Part shown: positions 51,866 to 61,300 of the stretch, piece after piece
Layout of the letters: each line of letters opens with the position of its first letter
Position numbering within the stretch: the first letter of the stretch is position 1
Assembly (NCBI GenBank): GCA_963847705.1
Contig: CAWKBC010000047.1
Coordinates: 64,001-128,000 of the forward strand
Direction: 5' to 3'
DNA from: an uncultured Pseudomonadota bacterium
Lineage (GTDB): Bacteria; Myxococcota_A; Polyangia; Fen-1088
Length of the DNA: 64,000 nucleotides
Translations under genes and position numbers: made by a program
The notes under the pieces: model-generated
The model's input: only the letters and a program-made list of their open reading frames with translations
What the model was told of the DNA's origin: nothing
The model's database searches: none

Positions 51866-53035
51866 CTAAAGCCCGTACTTCTTCAGCTTCTCGTACAGCG
51901 TCGAGGGGGCGATGCCCAGCGTCCGCGCTGCCTGAACCTTGTTCCCGCGGGCGGCGATCAAGGTCTGCCGGATGGCCGCCCGTTCCAGCTGGCCGAGCGC
52001 GTGGCCGCCGAGCGGCAGGCGATCGAGCACCGCCTCGTCCGACGGCGGATCGATGAAACGGAGGTGGCGCGGCTCGAGGGCGCCCTGGCCCGGCTCGACG
52101 AAGGCCAGCGCGCAGGCGAGCACGTTCTTGAGCTCGCGGACGTTGCCCGGCCAGCTGTGAGCGCGCAGCGCGGCGAACGCCGTCTCGGTGATGTCGACAT
52201 CGCCGCGCCCGAGATCGTGCAGGAGGCGCGGGGCCAGGAGCGGAAGATCGTCGAGCCGCTCGCGCAGCGGCGGCAGCGTGACGACGGCTGCCGCCAGCCG
52301 GAAGTAGAGATCCTGACGAAACTGCCGCGCGGCGACCAGCGCGCCCAGGTCGCGGTTGGTGGCGGCGATGATCCGGACGTCGATCTTGCGATCCTTGGTG
52401 CCGCCGACCCGCCGTACGGAGCTGTTGTCGAGGACGCGCAGCAGGCGCGGCTGCAGCTCCAGCGGCAGCTCACCGATCTCGTCGAGGAACAGCGTTCCCC
52501 CTCCGGCGCGCTCGAACGCACCCGGGTGCTCGGCGTGGGCGCCGGTGAAGGCGCCGCGCTCATGCCCGAAGAGCTCGCTCTCGACCAGATTGGGCGGAAC
52601 GGCGCCGCAGTCGAAGACGACGAACGGCTCATCGGCGCGGGGACTGGTGTCGTGGATGAGGTGGGCAAACACGTCCTTGCCGGTCCCCGTCTCGCCGGTC
52701 AGCGTGACGGTCACGTCGGAGGGCGCCAGACGCGCCACCATGGTGTAGAGATCATGCATCGCGGCTGACGTTGCGAAGTTTTGGCCGAGGCTCCTGATCG
52801 AGGGCGCCGATGGGACCGCCGGCCCGGTCACGGGACGCAACGGTCGCAGCATGGCCCTCATAGCGGTGCTGGCGAGTTCCATGTCGTTTGCCGCTCCCGT
52901 TGAAAGGTGTTTCTCCGCAAGTGAATCAACTCCAGGGCTTATACCGGAGCCAGCGCGGGCTCGATGTGACGATTCGGGAGCTGTTCCGTTGCGAGACCGT
53001 TTCGTTTTCGGTCTCTGAAAACCGGTCGCCGACAT
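51866..53035 (-). CDS. Sigma54-dependent transcriptional activator (AAA+ and Fis HTH); start uncertain
   Basis: GETGTGKD, ESELFGHERGAFTGA, LFLDEIGE, WPGNVREL, C-terminal HTH; no recognisable sensor domain. Confidence 0.92.
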   Translation of the reverse strand: MSATGFQRPKTKRSRNGTAPESSHRARAGSGISPGVDSLAEKHLSTGAANDMELASTAMRAMLRPLRPVTGPAVPSAPSIRSLGQNFATSAAMHDLYTMVARLAPSDVTVTLTGETGTGKDVFAHLIHDTSPRADEPFVVFDCGAVPPNLVESELFGHERGAFTGAHAEHPGAFERAGGGTLFLDEIGELPLELQPRLLRVLDNSSVRRVGGTKDRKIDVRIIAATNRDLGALVAARQFRQDLYFRLAAAVVTLPPLRERLDDLPLLAPRLLHDLGRGDVDITETAFAALRAHSWPGNVRELKNVLACALAFVEPGQGALEPRHLRFIDPPSDEAVLDRLPLGGHALGQLERAAIRQTLIAARGNKVQAARTLGIAPSTLYEKLKKYGL

Positions 53036-53056
53036 TCGGAAATTGTTACAGGAGAG

Positions 53057-54235
53057 TTACAGAAAATAGTGGATCTGCAGAAACAGCGTGTTGGCCGCAC
53101 TGCCGCCGGAGGGGAACTGCACGCGCTCCATCAACTGCAGCTCGAAGTGCGCGTACGGGAACCAGTTGACCAGGAAGGTCCCGGCGGTGTACGCGTCGTT
53201 GATCTGCACGTCGACCTGGTTGCGCTCGCCGAGCGCCGTGATCATCACGCCTCGCACCGGGAACAGCGTGAAGCCGGCGGCGCCCACGATCTGCTGGGTG
53301 GAGCTGTCGCCGAGATCGGTGAAGACGTTGTTGATGACGTCGATCTCGCCGAGCAGCAGCGTGTGCAGCCCCTCGAGGTATCCCTTTCCGACGGCGCCGA
53401 CCATCAGCTTGGTCACGCCCGGATCGATCGCCACGCGCATCTGGCCGGCGATCGCGATCGTGTCCTCGTGGAAGCGTGTCTCCGCGTAGGCGGCGAACCC
53501 CCTCTCGTCGCTGCCGATGTGGCGGACGAAGTCGGGCGCGAAGACCGTCAGGTGCAGCTCCGCGTTGGGATAGACGAAGCCGCCCGAGACGTTGTACGTC
53601 TCTTCCCCCTCGTCGTACCCCAGGTCGCGGTCGATGTAGAGGATGTGCTCGGCCATCCGCAGGCCGTACGGGGCGAAGAACCGACCGACGCGGAGGTAGG
53701 GCCCGACCGCCTCCGGTTCCCACATCAGGTAGTGCTCGGGCGAGATGAGCTGCGAGGTGGAGACCGGTTGAAAGTTCTGGTACGGCACCAGCAAATCGGG
53801 ATCCCGCACCTGGCCGCGCAGGCCGAGCGACGCCAGCAGGGAGAGCCCGGCCGGTAGCGCCACCCGGCCTTGGACCTCCGCCTGCATCGGAAACACCGCC
53901 ACCGTGGGGCCGCCGGGGTCCTGGACGTCCTGATCGACGACGGCGCCGCGGAGGTCGCCCCCGAGCGCGAGCCAGCTGGGGAGGCTCACCGCGCCATGGA
54001 GAAACGCGCCGTTGCCGCCGAACGAGGAGAGCTCATCACCGACGGCGTCTCGCCCATAGCTGTTGATGAGGCCGCCGCCCGCGGGGGCGTAGTGGCACTG
54101 GTTGCAGCGGACAGCGCCGGTGGAGAGCTGGTACTGCGGGTAAGCGCGCGCCGGGCGTTCACCGAGCCAGAGCAGCGCCGCCGCAACGAGCAGGGACGCC
54201 CATTGCGTCGTTCGGAACCGCGGGAAACGAGGCAT
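53057..54235 (-). CDS. Monoheme cytochrome c / beta-barrel fusion (Cyc2-like architecture)
   Basis: ATG at 54235, signal ARA-YP, CNQCH at mature residues 13-17, amphipathic strands, aromatic C-terminus LQIHYFL. Confidence 0.7.
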   Translation of the reverse strand: MPRFPRFRTTQWASLLVAAALLWLGERPARAYPQYQLSTGAVRCNQCHYAPAGGGLINSYGRDAVGDELSSFGGNGAFLHGAVSLPSWLALGGDLRGAVVDQDVQDPGGPTVAVFPMQAEVQGRVALPAGLSLLASLGLRGQVRDPDLLVPYQNFQPVSTSQLISPEHYLMWEPEAVGPYLRVGRFFAPYGLRMAEHILYIDRDLGYDEGEETYNVSGGFVYPNAELHLTVFAPDFVRHIGSDERGFAAYAETRFHEDTIAIAGQMRVAIDPGVTKLMVGAVGKGYLEGLHTLLLGEIDVINNVFTDLGDSSTQQIVGAAGFTLFPVRGVMITALGERNQVDVQINDAYTAGTFLVNWFPYAHFELQLMERVQFPSGGSAANTLFLQIHYFL

Positions 54236-54340
54236 GCCGGGCCGGTGCCGCGCGTATATCCCGGAGGTGCTGGCCTGGGGGTGACGACCCTGCAACATGC
54301 TCGCGTCGGGGCCGCGCAGGTGCGTCCCACCAAGGTGTGA

Positions 54341-55777
54341 TCAGACGGCCGGCTGGCGGCGCGCACCGAGCCATCGCCGTCCGAGCTGAAGCCCCGCGGC
54401 GAGGAGCAGAACGGCGACAATCAGAAGCGCGAGTCGTTGCACCTGCCGGCGGCGAATGGCCTGCATGCCCGCCTCCATCTTGGCCAGCGCCGCCGCGCTC
54501 ACCCCGAGGCCGCGGGCGCGATCGAGGAGGCCGAGCGCGCTCGTGCGGTCACGCTTCTCCACGGCCAGCGCCCACTGCAGCGACACGGTCTTGGGATCGT
54601 TCGGCGCCAGCCTGGCGAGCTTGGCGGTGCAGGCCTCGAGGGCCGCGATGTCCTTGAACCGGAGATCCACCTCGCAGCGAAGCATCGTCGGCACGGTGCC
54701 GTCCTTCGCCTCCTCCTCCATGTGCTTGATGACGGCCTCCAGCTCCTTTCGTTCGTCGGCGGGCAGTGGCCCCGTCGCCCCCAGCACCATCGACACGAAG
54801 CGGGTGTAGTCGGCTGCCGTGGAACCGAGACGCGAGATGGCGGACCGACAGGCCTGGATCGCCTTCGGGAGGTCTCCGGCCGCTTCCAACTCGAAGCACA
54901 TCTGGCGGGGCGGATAGGCCACGGTCGGAGCCGCCTTGGCGAGCGCACCATAAAAGCGGGCCGCGGCGGCATGATCGCCCCGCTTGGACAACGACTCCGC
55001 TTTCGCCGCCAGATCCTGCAGAAGGTAGCCGTATTGCAACGGCTCGCGGGTCGCGACATCTGGTGCGGGGATGCCGGCTTCGGGATCCGCATCGTCGATC
55101 TTGAAATCGCTGAGGTGATCCTTGGCCGCCGTCATCTGCGCGGACGCCGCGCCGCCGCCCAATCCGAAGCTCACGAGGCACACGGCGAGCGACGCAACCG
55201 AGGGGACGCGCCGCCGGCGTGACCGCGCGATCCAGGCCGCGCGGCAAGCATGCACAAACGTACCCAGGAGACCGAGCCCCAGCAGGAGCCGGAAGAGTTT
55301 GACGCCCGTCGAGGGTTGCTCGGCGGCCATGAAGAGCGCCTGCTTCAGGGCGTCGCTTCGGGGCGCGACGCGGCGGAGATCTTCGACGCACGACTCCAGC
55401 AAGCTCGCGCTCCCCAGTCGGCGACCGATATCGCAGCGGGCGAGATATCCCCACGGCTGATAATTCGCCTTTCGAACCGCGGCGTCCGTCATGAGCGTCG
55501 CGATGGCGAGATCGTCCAGCGTCGGGTGCGCGGCGGGGGACACCATGGCGGCCACGTCGTCCCGCATGTCCTCCGGCATGCCGCTCAGAAAGGCGTTGTC
55601 GCAGGCCCTGCGGCTCAGGTACATGGCGCCGCCGGACTCCTCGCGCGCCAGCGCTTTCTTGCAGGTTTCACGCGAGGACATCTGACCCTCGGCGTGTGCG
55701 GGGCGCGCGGCCAAAAGCGTCGCGGCCACGAACGATGCCGACACCAACGCGAGTGCCCCAAATCTCAGCGGCCGCAT
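54341..55777 (-). CDS. Membrane-anchored protein with two related helical/TPR-like domains
   Basis: ATG at 55777, signal AHA-E, internal TM-RRRR-signal-like segment, C-terminal TM followed by RR. Confidence 0.75.
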   Translation of the reverse strand: MRPLRFGALALVSASFVAATLLAARPAHAEGQMSSRETCKKALAREESGGAMYLSRRACDNAFLSGMPEDMRDDVAAMVSPAAHPTLDDLAIATLMTDAAVRKANYQPWGYLARCDIGRRLGSASLLESCVEDLRRVAPRSDALKQALFMAAEQPSTGVKLFRLLLGLGLLGTFVHACRAAWIARSRRRRVPSVASLAVCLVSFGLGGGAASAQMTAAKDHLSDFKIDDADPEAGIPAPDVATREPLQYGYLLQDLAAKAESLSKRGDHAAAARFYGALAKAAPTVAYPPRQMCFELEAAGDLPKAIQACRSAISRLGSTAADYTRFVSMVLGATGPLPADERKELEAVIKHMEEEAKDGTVPTMLRCEVDLRFKDIAALEACTAKLARLAPNDPKTVSLQWALAVEKRDRTSALGLLDRARGLGVSAAALAKMEAGMQAIRRRQVQRLALLIVAVLLLAAGLQLGRRWLGARRQPAV

Positions 55778-55928
55778 GGAGGCACCGTACTTATAGGAAA
55801 GGAAAGTCGCATCGTGTGACAGTTGTGAAAACACCCCGCACCGTGGCTTCAAAAGTCGGGAATCGGTGACAATCGGCAGCCCGTAGTTGTGCTAACAGAC
55901 CGCTCCCATGGTCGATGGTTGTTTGCCG

Positions 55929-57581
55929 ATGCGTCGGCTTTGGCTTGGCTTGTTGCTGTGCGGCGCAATGGCCGTTGGCGTGGTGTCTTGTAGCAATACG
56001 GACAACATGGCGCCGTGGACGGCAGGGGGACCGGGGCAGGTCGTGACCTTGAGCAAGGACGCGGGCCACGCTGACGGTGGTCGCGACGCCGCCATGCCGT
56101 CATCGACCGGAGGACACGGGGGAACGGCTCTCGGCACCGGTGGGACCGGCGTGGGAGTCGGTGGAAGCGCCGGAGCGCACGCGGCCGCGGGGGAAAGTGG
56201 TGCGGCCGGGGCCGGTGGGGTTGGTGGCGCCGCTGGAAGTGGCCCCCAGGACGATCCGTGCACGGCCTGCGAAAAATCACGCTGCAGCCATCCCGATCTC
56301 TCAGGCGACAACCCCGCCACCGGTACCGTCACTCACGCCGAGCTCGTCGCCGCCTACGAGGTCTGCTTCATAGGAACGGGCTGGCCGTCGGCGACTCTCG
56401 ATCCGTCTGTAAAATGTCTCCCGGGCGAGACGGGCACCACGGCAATCGACGGGCCCGCCAGCGGAACGGCCAAAACGATCCTCTGCCAGGCGCTTCTGCA
56501 ATGCATCCACCAATCGAAATGCCCCGGACCCGACGACAACGAAACCGATTGTTACTGTGGAGCAGGGGTCGACATCACGACTTGCCGCAGCGCAGGATTC
56601 TCGCCCACCGGCGCCTGCGCCTCGCAAGTCGCCGCGGCCCTGGAGTCGACGGAGTTTTCGACGAGTGGCACCTATTACTTCGATCCGTGCTTGGCCAATG
56701 GCGCTGCGTTTTTCATCTATGACAACTGCGACGCCAACTGCTGCGAAGAGGAATGTGGCCTCACACCGTCCGGGGACGAAGATCTGACCCTCTGCAACGC
56801 GGCCGGTACCGGTGGCGCTGCCGGTGCGGGCGGGACGATCGGCACGGGCGGGGCAACCGGTACGGGCGGCGTGCAAGGGACGGGCGGGACGACCGGCACG
56901 GGCGGGGTGGTCGGTACGGGCGGCGTGCAAGGTGCGGGCGGGACGACCGGCACGGGCGGGGTGGTCGGCACCGGTGGAGTGAGCGGCACGGGCGGGGTAA
57001 CCAGTACCGGCGGCGTGCAAGGTACGGGCGGCACGACCAGCACTGGGGGCCTGGCGGGCTCCGCTGGATCGAGCGGTTCGACGGGAGGTTCGTCGGGCTC
57101 CAGCGGGGCCGGGGGACTTCAGAATGCGACCTTCAACACGAACACGGTGAGTTGGACGCCCGACTCTGGGGCCACGATCAGCTGGAGCACGAATGACGCC
57201 GGCGGCAGCGCCCTGTCGGGCTCACTCGACCTCGAGGTGACGGGCGATCCCACGATCGGCGTCCAGGCGGCCGCCGTGCAGTGCATCTCCGCGAGCCCCG
57301 GCGCCAGCTACAGTCTCGACGCCGATATTCTGATCCCGACCGGAAGCTCGAGCTACGCCTCACTCTGGTTCTACGGCTCGAACGATTGCTCGGGCTCGGC
57401 GCTCAGCGTCGTCGCTTCGACCCCGTCGTTCACCACCGTGACCGCGTGGCAGGAGGTCTTCGCCTCGGCGTCAGCACCGTCGGGCGCTCACTCCGCCGGT
57501 GTTCATCTCCAGGTCGAGAAGTCCGTCGGACAGTCGTCAGGGGAAGCGTTGTTTGACAACGTCATGGTGACCTCGCAATGA
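55929..57581 (+). CDS. Cys-rich lipoprotein with Gly/Thr linker and C-terminal CBM-like domain
   Basis: Lipobox VVSC, Cys-rich core, (GTGGxx)n repeats, C-terminal LQNATF...ALFDNVMV jelly-roll-like domain. Confidence 0.8.
   Translation: MRRLWLGLLLCGAMAVGVVSCSNTDNMAPWTAGGPGQVVTLSKDAGHADGGRDAAMPSSTGGHGGTALGTGGTGVGVGGSAGAHAAAGESGAAGAGGVGGAAGSGPQDDPCTACEKSRCSHPDLSGDNPATGTVTHAELVAAYEVCFIGTGWPSATLDPSVKCLPGETGTTAIDGPASGTAKTILCQALLQCIHQSKCPGPDDNETDCYCGAGVDITTCRSAGFSPTGACASQVAAALESTEFSTSGTYYFDPCLANGAAFFIYDNCDANCCEEECGLTPSGDEDLTLCNAAGTGGAAGAGGTIGTGGATGTGGVQGTGGTTGTGGVVGTGGVQGAGGTTGTGGVVGTGGVSGTGGVTSTGGVQGTGGTTSTGGLAGSAGSSGSTGGSSGSSGAGGLQNATFNTNTVSWTPDSGATISWSTNDAGGSALSGSLDLEVTGDPTIGVQAAAVQCISASPGASYSLDADILIPTGSSSYASLWFYGSNDCSGSALSVVASTPSFTTVTAWQEVFASASAPSGAHSAGVHLQVEKSVGQSSGEALFDNVMVTSQ
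56803..57065 (+). repeat. In-frame 18-bp-period repeats encoding GTGG-xx
   Basis: GTGGATGTGGVQGTGGTTGTGGVV... Confidence 0.85.
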
Positions 57582-60500
57582 CGACGAGAACGGGCTTCAA
57601 ACGCTGGTCGCGGCCTGGTCTGTGGATCGGGCTCTGGTGCGGGCTGGCGGTCACCGCCGGTTGCGGCCGGCCGGGCGGTCCAACCGCCTACTCGTCCTCA
57701 CAAAGCGAGTTTCCCCTTCCGGACAGCGGCGCCCCTCCACCCCCGATCGGCGCCCAAACGAGTCCGACCTGCACGCCGGCGCAAACCTCGGCAGTGAACG
57801 CTTTCCCCGCCCGAACGACGATTGCGGGCGCGGCGCAGGGCGGAGGATCGCAAGACAACCTCTTCCGAACATCTGACCTCTTCAGCCTGTTCAAAACCGT
57901 ATGTGGCGGCTGCCATGTCGATGCCCCCGACGGCTCGTTCCAGGTTTCGGCCACCAGCTTCGCGACCGTCGTCTCGGGCGCCATGGGGTCCACGGTCCTC
58001 GGTCTCATCGAGTCGGACGATATCTCGACGAACATGCCGCCGTACGGCGTCGCGTATGATTCGCGCGCCTCCAGCGACGCGGTCGTCCAGCTCGCGACCC
58101 TGCTCGACACCTGGCTCATGCAAGGGAGTCCGGCGACCAGCTTCACCCTGCCGACCCAGGCGTCGAGCGCCAGCGCGGGATATGCCATGTCGGCGTCGCT
58201 CGGGGCGCAACTCACCAACCTCGGAAGCTGCATCCCCAACAAGGCCGCCGTGGGTACCAGCGCCGACACGATGGATCAGCTCGATTCCTTTTTTGCCCAG
58301 GCCACCGAGCTTCCGGCGACGCTGGACCAGACCGATTTCGTCTCGCTGGACAGCGCGACCCTGGCCAAGACGGGCGTCATCTCGTACGCGCCGACCTACC
58401 CGCTCTGGAGCGACAACGCGGGCAAGATGCGCTACGTGCGCGTCCCGGTCGGTCAATCGATCGTGTTCGACAAGGCGACGCAGAAGTTCGCGATTCCGCC
58501 GAATACCCGCTTCTACAAGACCTTCCTCAAGCAAGTGACAGACGCCAACGGGAATCCGACCTACCGAAAGATCGAGACGCGCCTCATCGTGTCGCGGCCG
58601 GACACCACGAATCCCGACGGGAGCGCCCAGCAGAACGCGCTGTTCGGCACCTACGTTTGGAACGCGGACGAATCGCAGGCAAATCTCTCGAATCAACCGC
58701 TCCGCAACAATTCGCCCTTCGCCGATCAGCTCTTCACCTATGTCACTGACGAAGCCAAGGACCAGACCATCATTGCCAGCCACCCCGCCAACCTGCCGGC
58801 GGCGGAGGACGCGGCGGGGATCACGCGCCACTACGCGGTCCCCGGATCCGAGCGCTGTGTCCAGTGCCACATGGGGAGCCCCAGCGAGGCCTTCGTCCTC
58901 GGATTCACGCCGCTTCAGGTGGCGCGCCGGCCGGACAGGCGAAGGGGGCGTTTACGAGCCCGCCGCCGGCGACGAGCTGACCCAGGTCCAGCGGCTCATC
59001 GACTACGGCGTCATCACCGGGTCTGACCTCGCAGCAGGACATCCTGCCCCTCGAGGAGGCAGAGGGGTCGCGCTCTCCGCGCAACCAATACGAGCTGAAC
59101 GCGCAGGCTTACATGGTCGGCAACTGCGCGCACTGCCACAACCCGCGCGGCTTCCCGTCGATTCGGCAGCCGGCGATCGCCGACGTCCTCATCTTCCTTC
59201 CTGGGTCAGGCCCGAACGAGGGAATCTTCCAGTTCCCGCTCGAGACGATGAGCCCCATTCGCAAGCGCGGTCTCAATCAGGACGTTCCGATCCCCTACAT
59301 CACCCCTTCGCTCTACGACATGCCCAGCGACGACGCGCTCGGGAAGTACTTCTGTCCGAACGTGGATCGATCCAGCCTGCACCTCATCGGGGGGGCTGCA
59401 ATGGGTCCTGGCTCCCTGGCGCAGCCTCATCTACCGGAACACCGATACGCCATACGATTACTTCGACGACTACACGCCATTTCCCCACATGCCGCTCAAC
59501 ACATCCGGCTACGACTGCCGTGTTGCCAGTCTCATGGGCGACTGGATGGTCAGCATTCCATCGAAGATCAAGAATCCCTCGATGCCGCAGAATGTCTTTC
59601 CCAACGGAACGTTTGCGGGAACGAACGCCAACGACGACATCCAGCCCTACCAGGAGGTCCTTCCGGGCGACAGCGATTACCCCGCCGCGGTGGGTGCCGC
59701 CGCCGCGCGGTTGCAGCAATATCACACCACGGGCTACCGGTACGGTTTCTGTCCGAGCACCTATACGGCCGACATCGTCGATCCCCTCATTGCCGACGAG
59801 GCGGCCCGGAACCTGCCCGTCCTCAGCGACGTCGCTCCTTTCTACAGCCCCACCAACCCCGACTTGCTGATCATGCCGCCCCTGACCCCCATCAGCCCCG
59901 ACTACGTGACACTCGACGATACCGATCCACCTGGTGCCTGGCTGCCACGGCGGCCGGACTGGGCCACGGCGTTGGTGACGCCAGACATCGCTTCGTTCAT
60001 TCAGGCCGAAACCGCGTCGGGCGATCTGGCGACGCCGAGCGAAGCGGAGGATCTGACGAACGTGATGACGGCCTTGGAGAACGTCACGATCACGGACGCC
60101 ACGCGTGCCGCCCTCACGCAGAAGTATCCCTTCGGACTTTGGGACACGAGCACGCCCGGCTGTAACTTCTCGGGCGTTCCGACGGCCGGAAGCTTCACTG
60201 GTGCCGACCAACCTCAGTGGATGAGCGTGGCCCCCCCGCCGTCTCCCAACGCGCCCGTCTTCGTCGAATCGACGGGGGCGGCGATCTTCACCACCGTCTG
60301 CTTCAACTGTCACGGGATCAATGCCGATTCAAAGGGATTGCTGGCGGACGAGATCAGCAGCCTCACCGGTGGAAGCGCCCGGGTGGCTGATTTCCGGGAT
60401 GGGTTCCTTGGTCCGGTCTCGGCACCCGGTATGAACCGGACGGCGGTATTCGGCGATTCCGCGACGACCTTGGGGGTGACGGTCGACGATCTCTCTGCGC

Positions 60501-61300
60501 GCTACATGGCCTGGATGGCTCTCGGCGGAACCAACAAGCACCTGCCCCAGGACGTGTTGACCCAGGTGGCGCTGGCTCCGGTGCTGGGCCAGGTTCGAGC
60601 CCACGTCGCGCAATCGGGAACTCCCGACATGCTTCGGCTGGCCTTGGACCTGTGCGAAGAGCTCGTTGGGTCGGACGCCGACCAGACCACGATCACGATA
60701 TCAAACTTGATCAATACCGGACAAATGGGCTGGAGCCAGTTCACCGGCCTCGTGGACAGCAACGGGGATGCCGAGATGTGGTTGCGGGTTTGCAACCTCG
60801 GCAACAGACAGATCGTCCGCGCGCTCATCCCTCCGGGAGGATGGACGGCGACGACGAGCGCAGGGACCTTGTTCGCCAACGGCCAACACCTGTACTGGGC
60901 GACCAGTCCAACCGGAGACGATTGGTATGGCGCCAATCCCGCGATGGACCAGCTCGGGAACATCCAGACGGGGGTGACGCCCGGGAACCTATTTCCCACC
61001 TGCGTCCTGCCGCCGGCCGCGGCTCAGCTGCCGATCGCACAGCAGGTGCTCCAGGCGTCTCCTGTGTCGGGGAAGAACGTCATTCCCTTCTGCCCGGATG
61101 GCTTCGCGGTGCCGGCCCATCAGTTGACAGTCACGGGCGCCCAGGGCAGCACGGACTTTGTGGACGGCCGGAAGTGGGCCGCGCGCGGCGCCATCAATGC
61201 CGCGCTGGCGGTGTTCCTCTACCTCGATCAGATGGAGCGCGATCCGACGCAGCGACAGCCGCTCTACACGCAGTGCAATCTCCTCGGGGGGCAGCAGTGA
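57578..61300 (+). pseudogene. Four-heme c-type cytochrome lipoprotein (~1239 aa once repaired) with SO2930/HNE_0200-like diheme core; three +1 frameshifts, possibly sequencing errors
   Basis: Lipobox TAGC; CGGCH, CVQCH, CAHCH, CFNCH; YPLWSD..K.RYVRVP, IETRL, YMVGNCAHCHNP. Protein-like sequence continues across apparent extra Gs near 58934, 59021 and 59365. Confidence 0.8.

Noticed and set aside
55780-55796. Sigma54 promoter (GGCAC-N5-TTAT)
   Set aside because: Lacks the essential -12 GC dinucleotide.
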